The notes under the pieces: model-generated
Databases searched by the model: none
What the model was told of the DNA's origin: nothing
What the model saw: the letters and a program-made list of their open reading frames with translations, nothing else
In this document: positions 63,678 to 64,000 of the stretch, piece by piece
How positions within the stretch are numbered: position 1 is the first letter of the stretch
Layout: every line of letters begins with the position of its first letter
NCBI GenBank assembly: GCA_003427395.1
Contig: BFEA01000045.1
Span: forward strand, 3,995,619-4,059,618
Reading direction: 5' to 3'
Source: Chara braunii
Lineage: Eukaryota > Plantae > Charophyceae
Length of the DNA stretch: 64,000 bases
Position numbers and translations under genes: made by a program

Positions 63678-64000
63678 TGATAAGAGTAACGAGGATCCGA
63701 GAAGACTGCCTTATCACAATAATGTCACTAACAAGGTGATAAGAGTAAGCGAGGCTCCGAGAAACCTGCCTTATCACCATAATGATAAGAACAAGGTGAT
63801 GAGAGTAAGCGAGACTCCGAGAAGCCTGCCTTATCACGATAATGATAAGAACAAGATAATAAAAGTAAGCGAGGTTCCGAGAAGCCTGCCTTATTACCAT
63901 AATGATAAGAAAAAAATGGTAAGAGGAGCGAGGCTCCAAAAGGTTTGCCTTACCACTATAATAACAAAGATCAGTGTGGTAAGAGAAGCGAGACTCCGAG
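63678..64000. repeat. 60-bp tandem repeat (more than 5 copies, runs off window)
   Basis: TGATAAGAGTAAGCGAGGCTCCGAGAAGCCTGCCTTATCACCATAATGATAAGAACAAGG at a 60-bp period. Confidence 0.9.

Overview
Eukaryotic, gap-containing, repeat-rich genomic DNA with no intact host gene. A plant-type U6 remnant, GT-AG introns and the Gypsy RT style suggest a streptophyte, plausibly a charophyte alga such as Chara (inference only). Bases 1 to ~19,980 look like the right part of a decayed giant Plavaka (CACTA-related) DNA transposon. It carries at least six co-oriented genes, including the Plavaka transposase and a ~800-aa protein in which a repeated unknown domain is fused to a divergent histone H3 fold. About 16 copies of a fixed-geometry site (two 19-bp inverted boxes, almost always exactly 34 bp apart, with unrelated spacer sequences) sit between these genes. 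20-33 kb is decayed LTR-retrotransposon material (gag-like ORF, Ty3/Gypsy RT fragment) with a hAT MITE and an array of 7 hairpins that keep an invariant core while their stems co-vary. 33-54.5 kb holds minus-strand multi-exon pseudogenes: a CxC5/KDZ-type transposase with an embedded chromodomain, a probable Ulp1-like protease, and an unidentified gene. 55.9-64 kb holds a U6 pseudogene, two tandem copies of an SPCS2-like exon, a candidate LTR, fold-back repeats and a possible SET-like remnant. All assignments are by eye from motifs; no searches were run.
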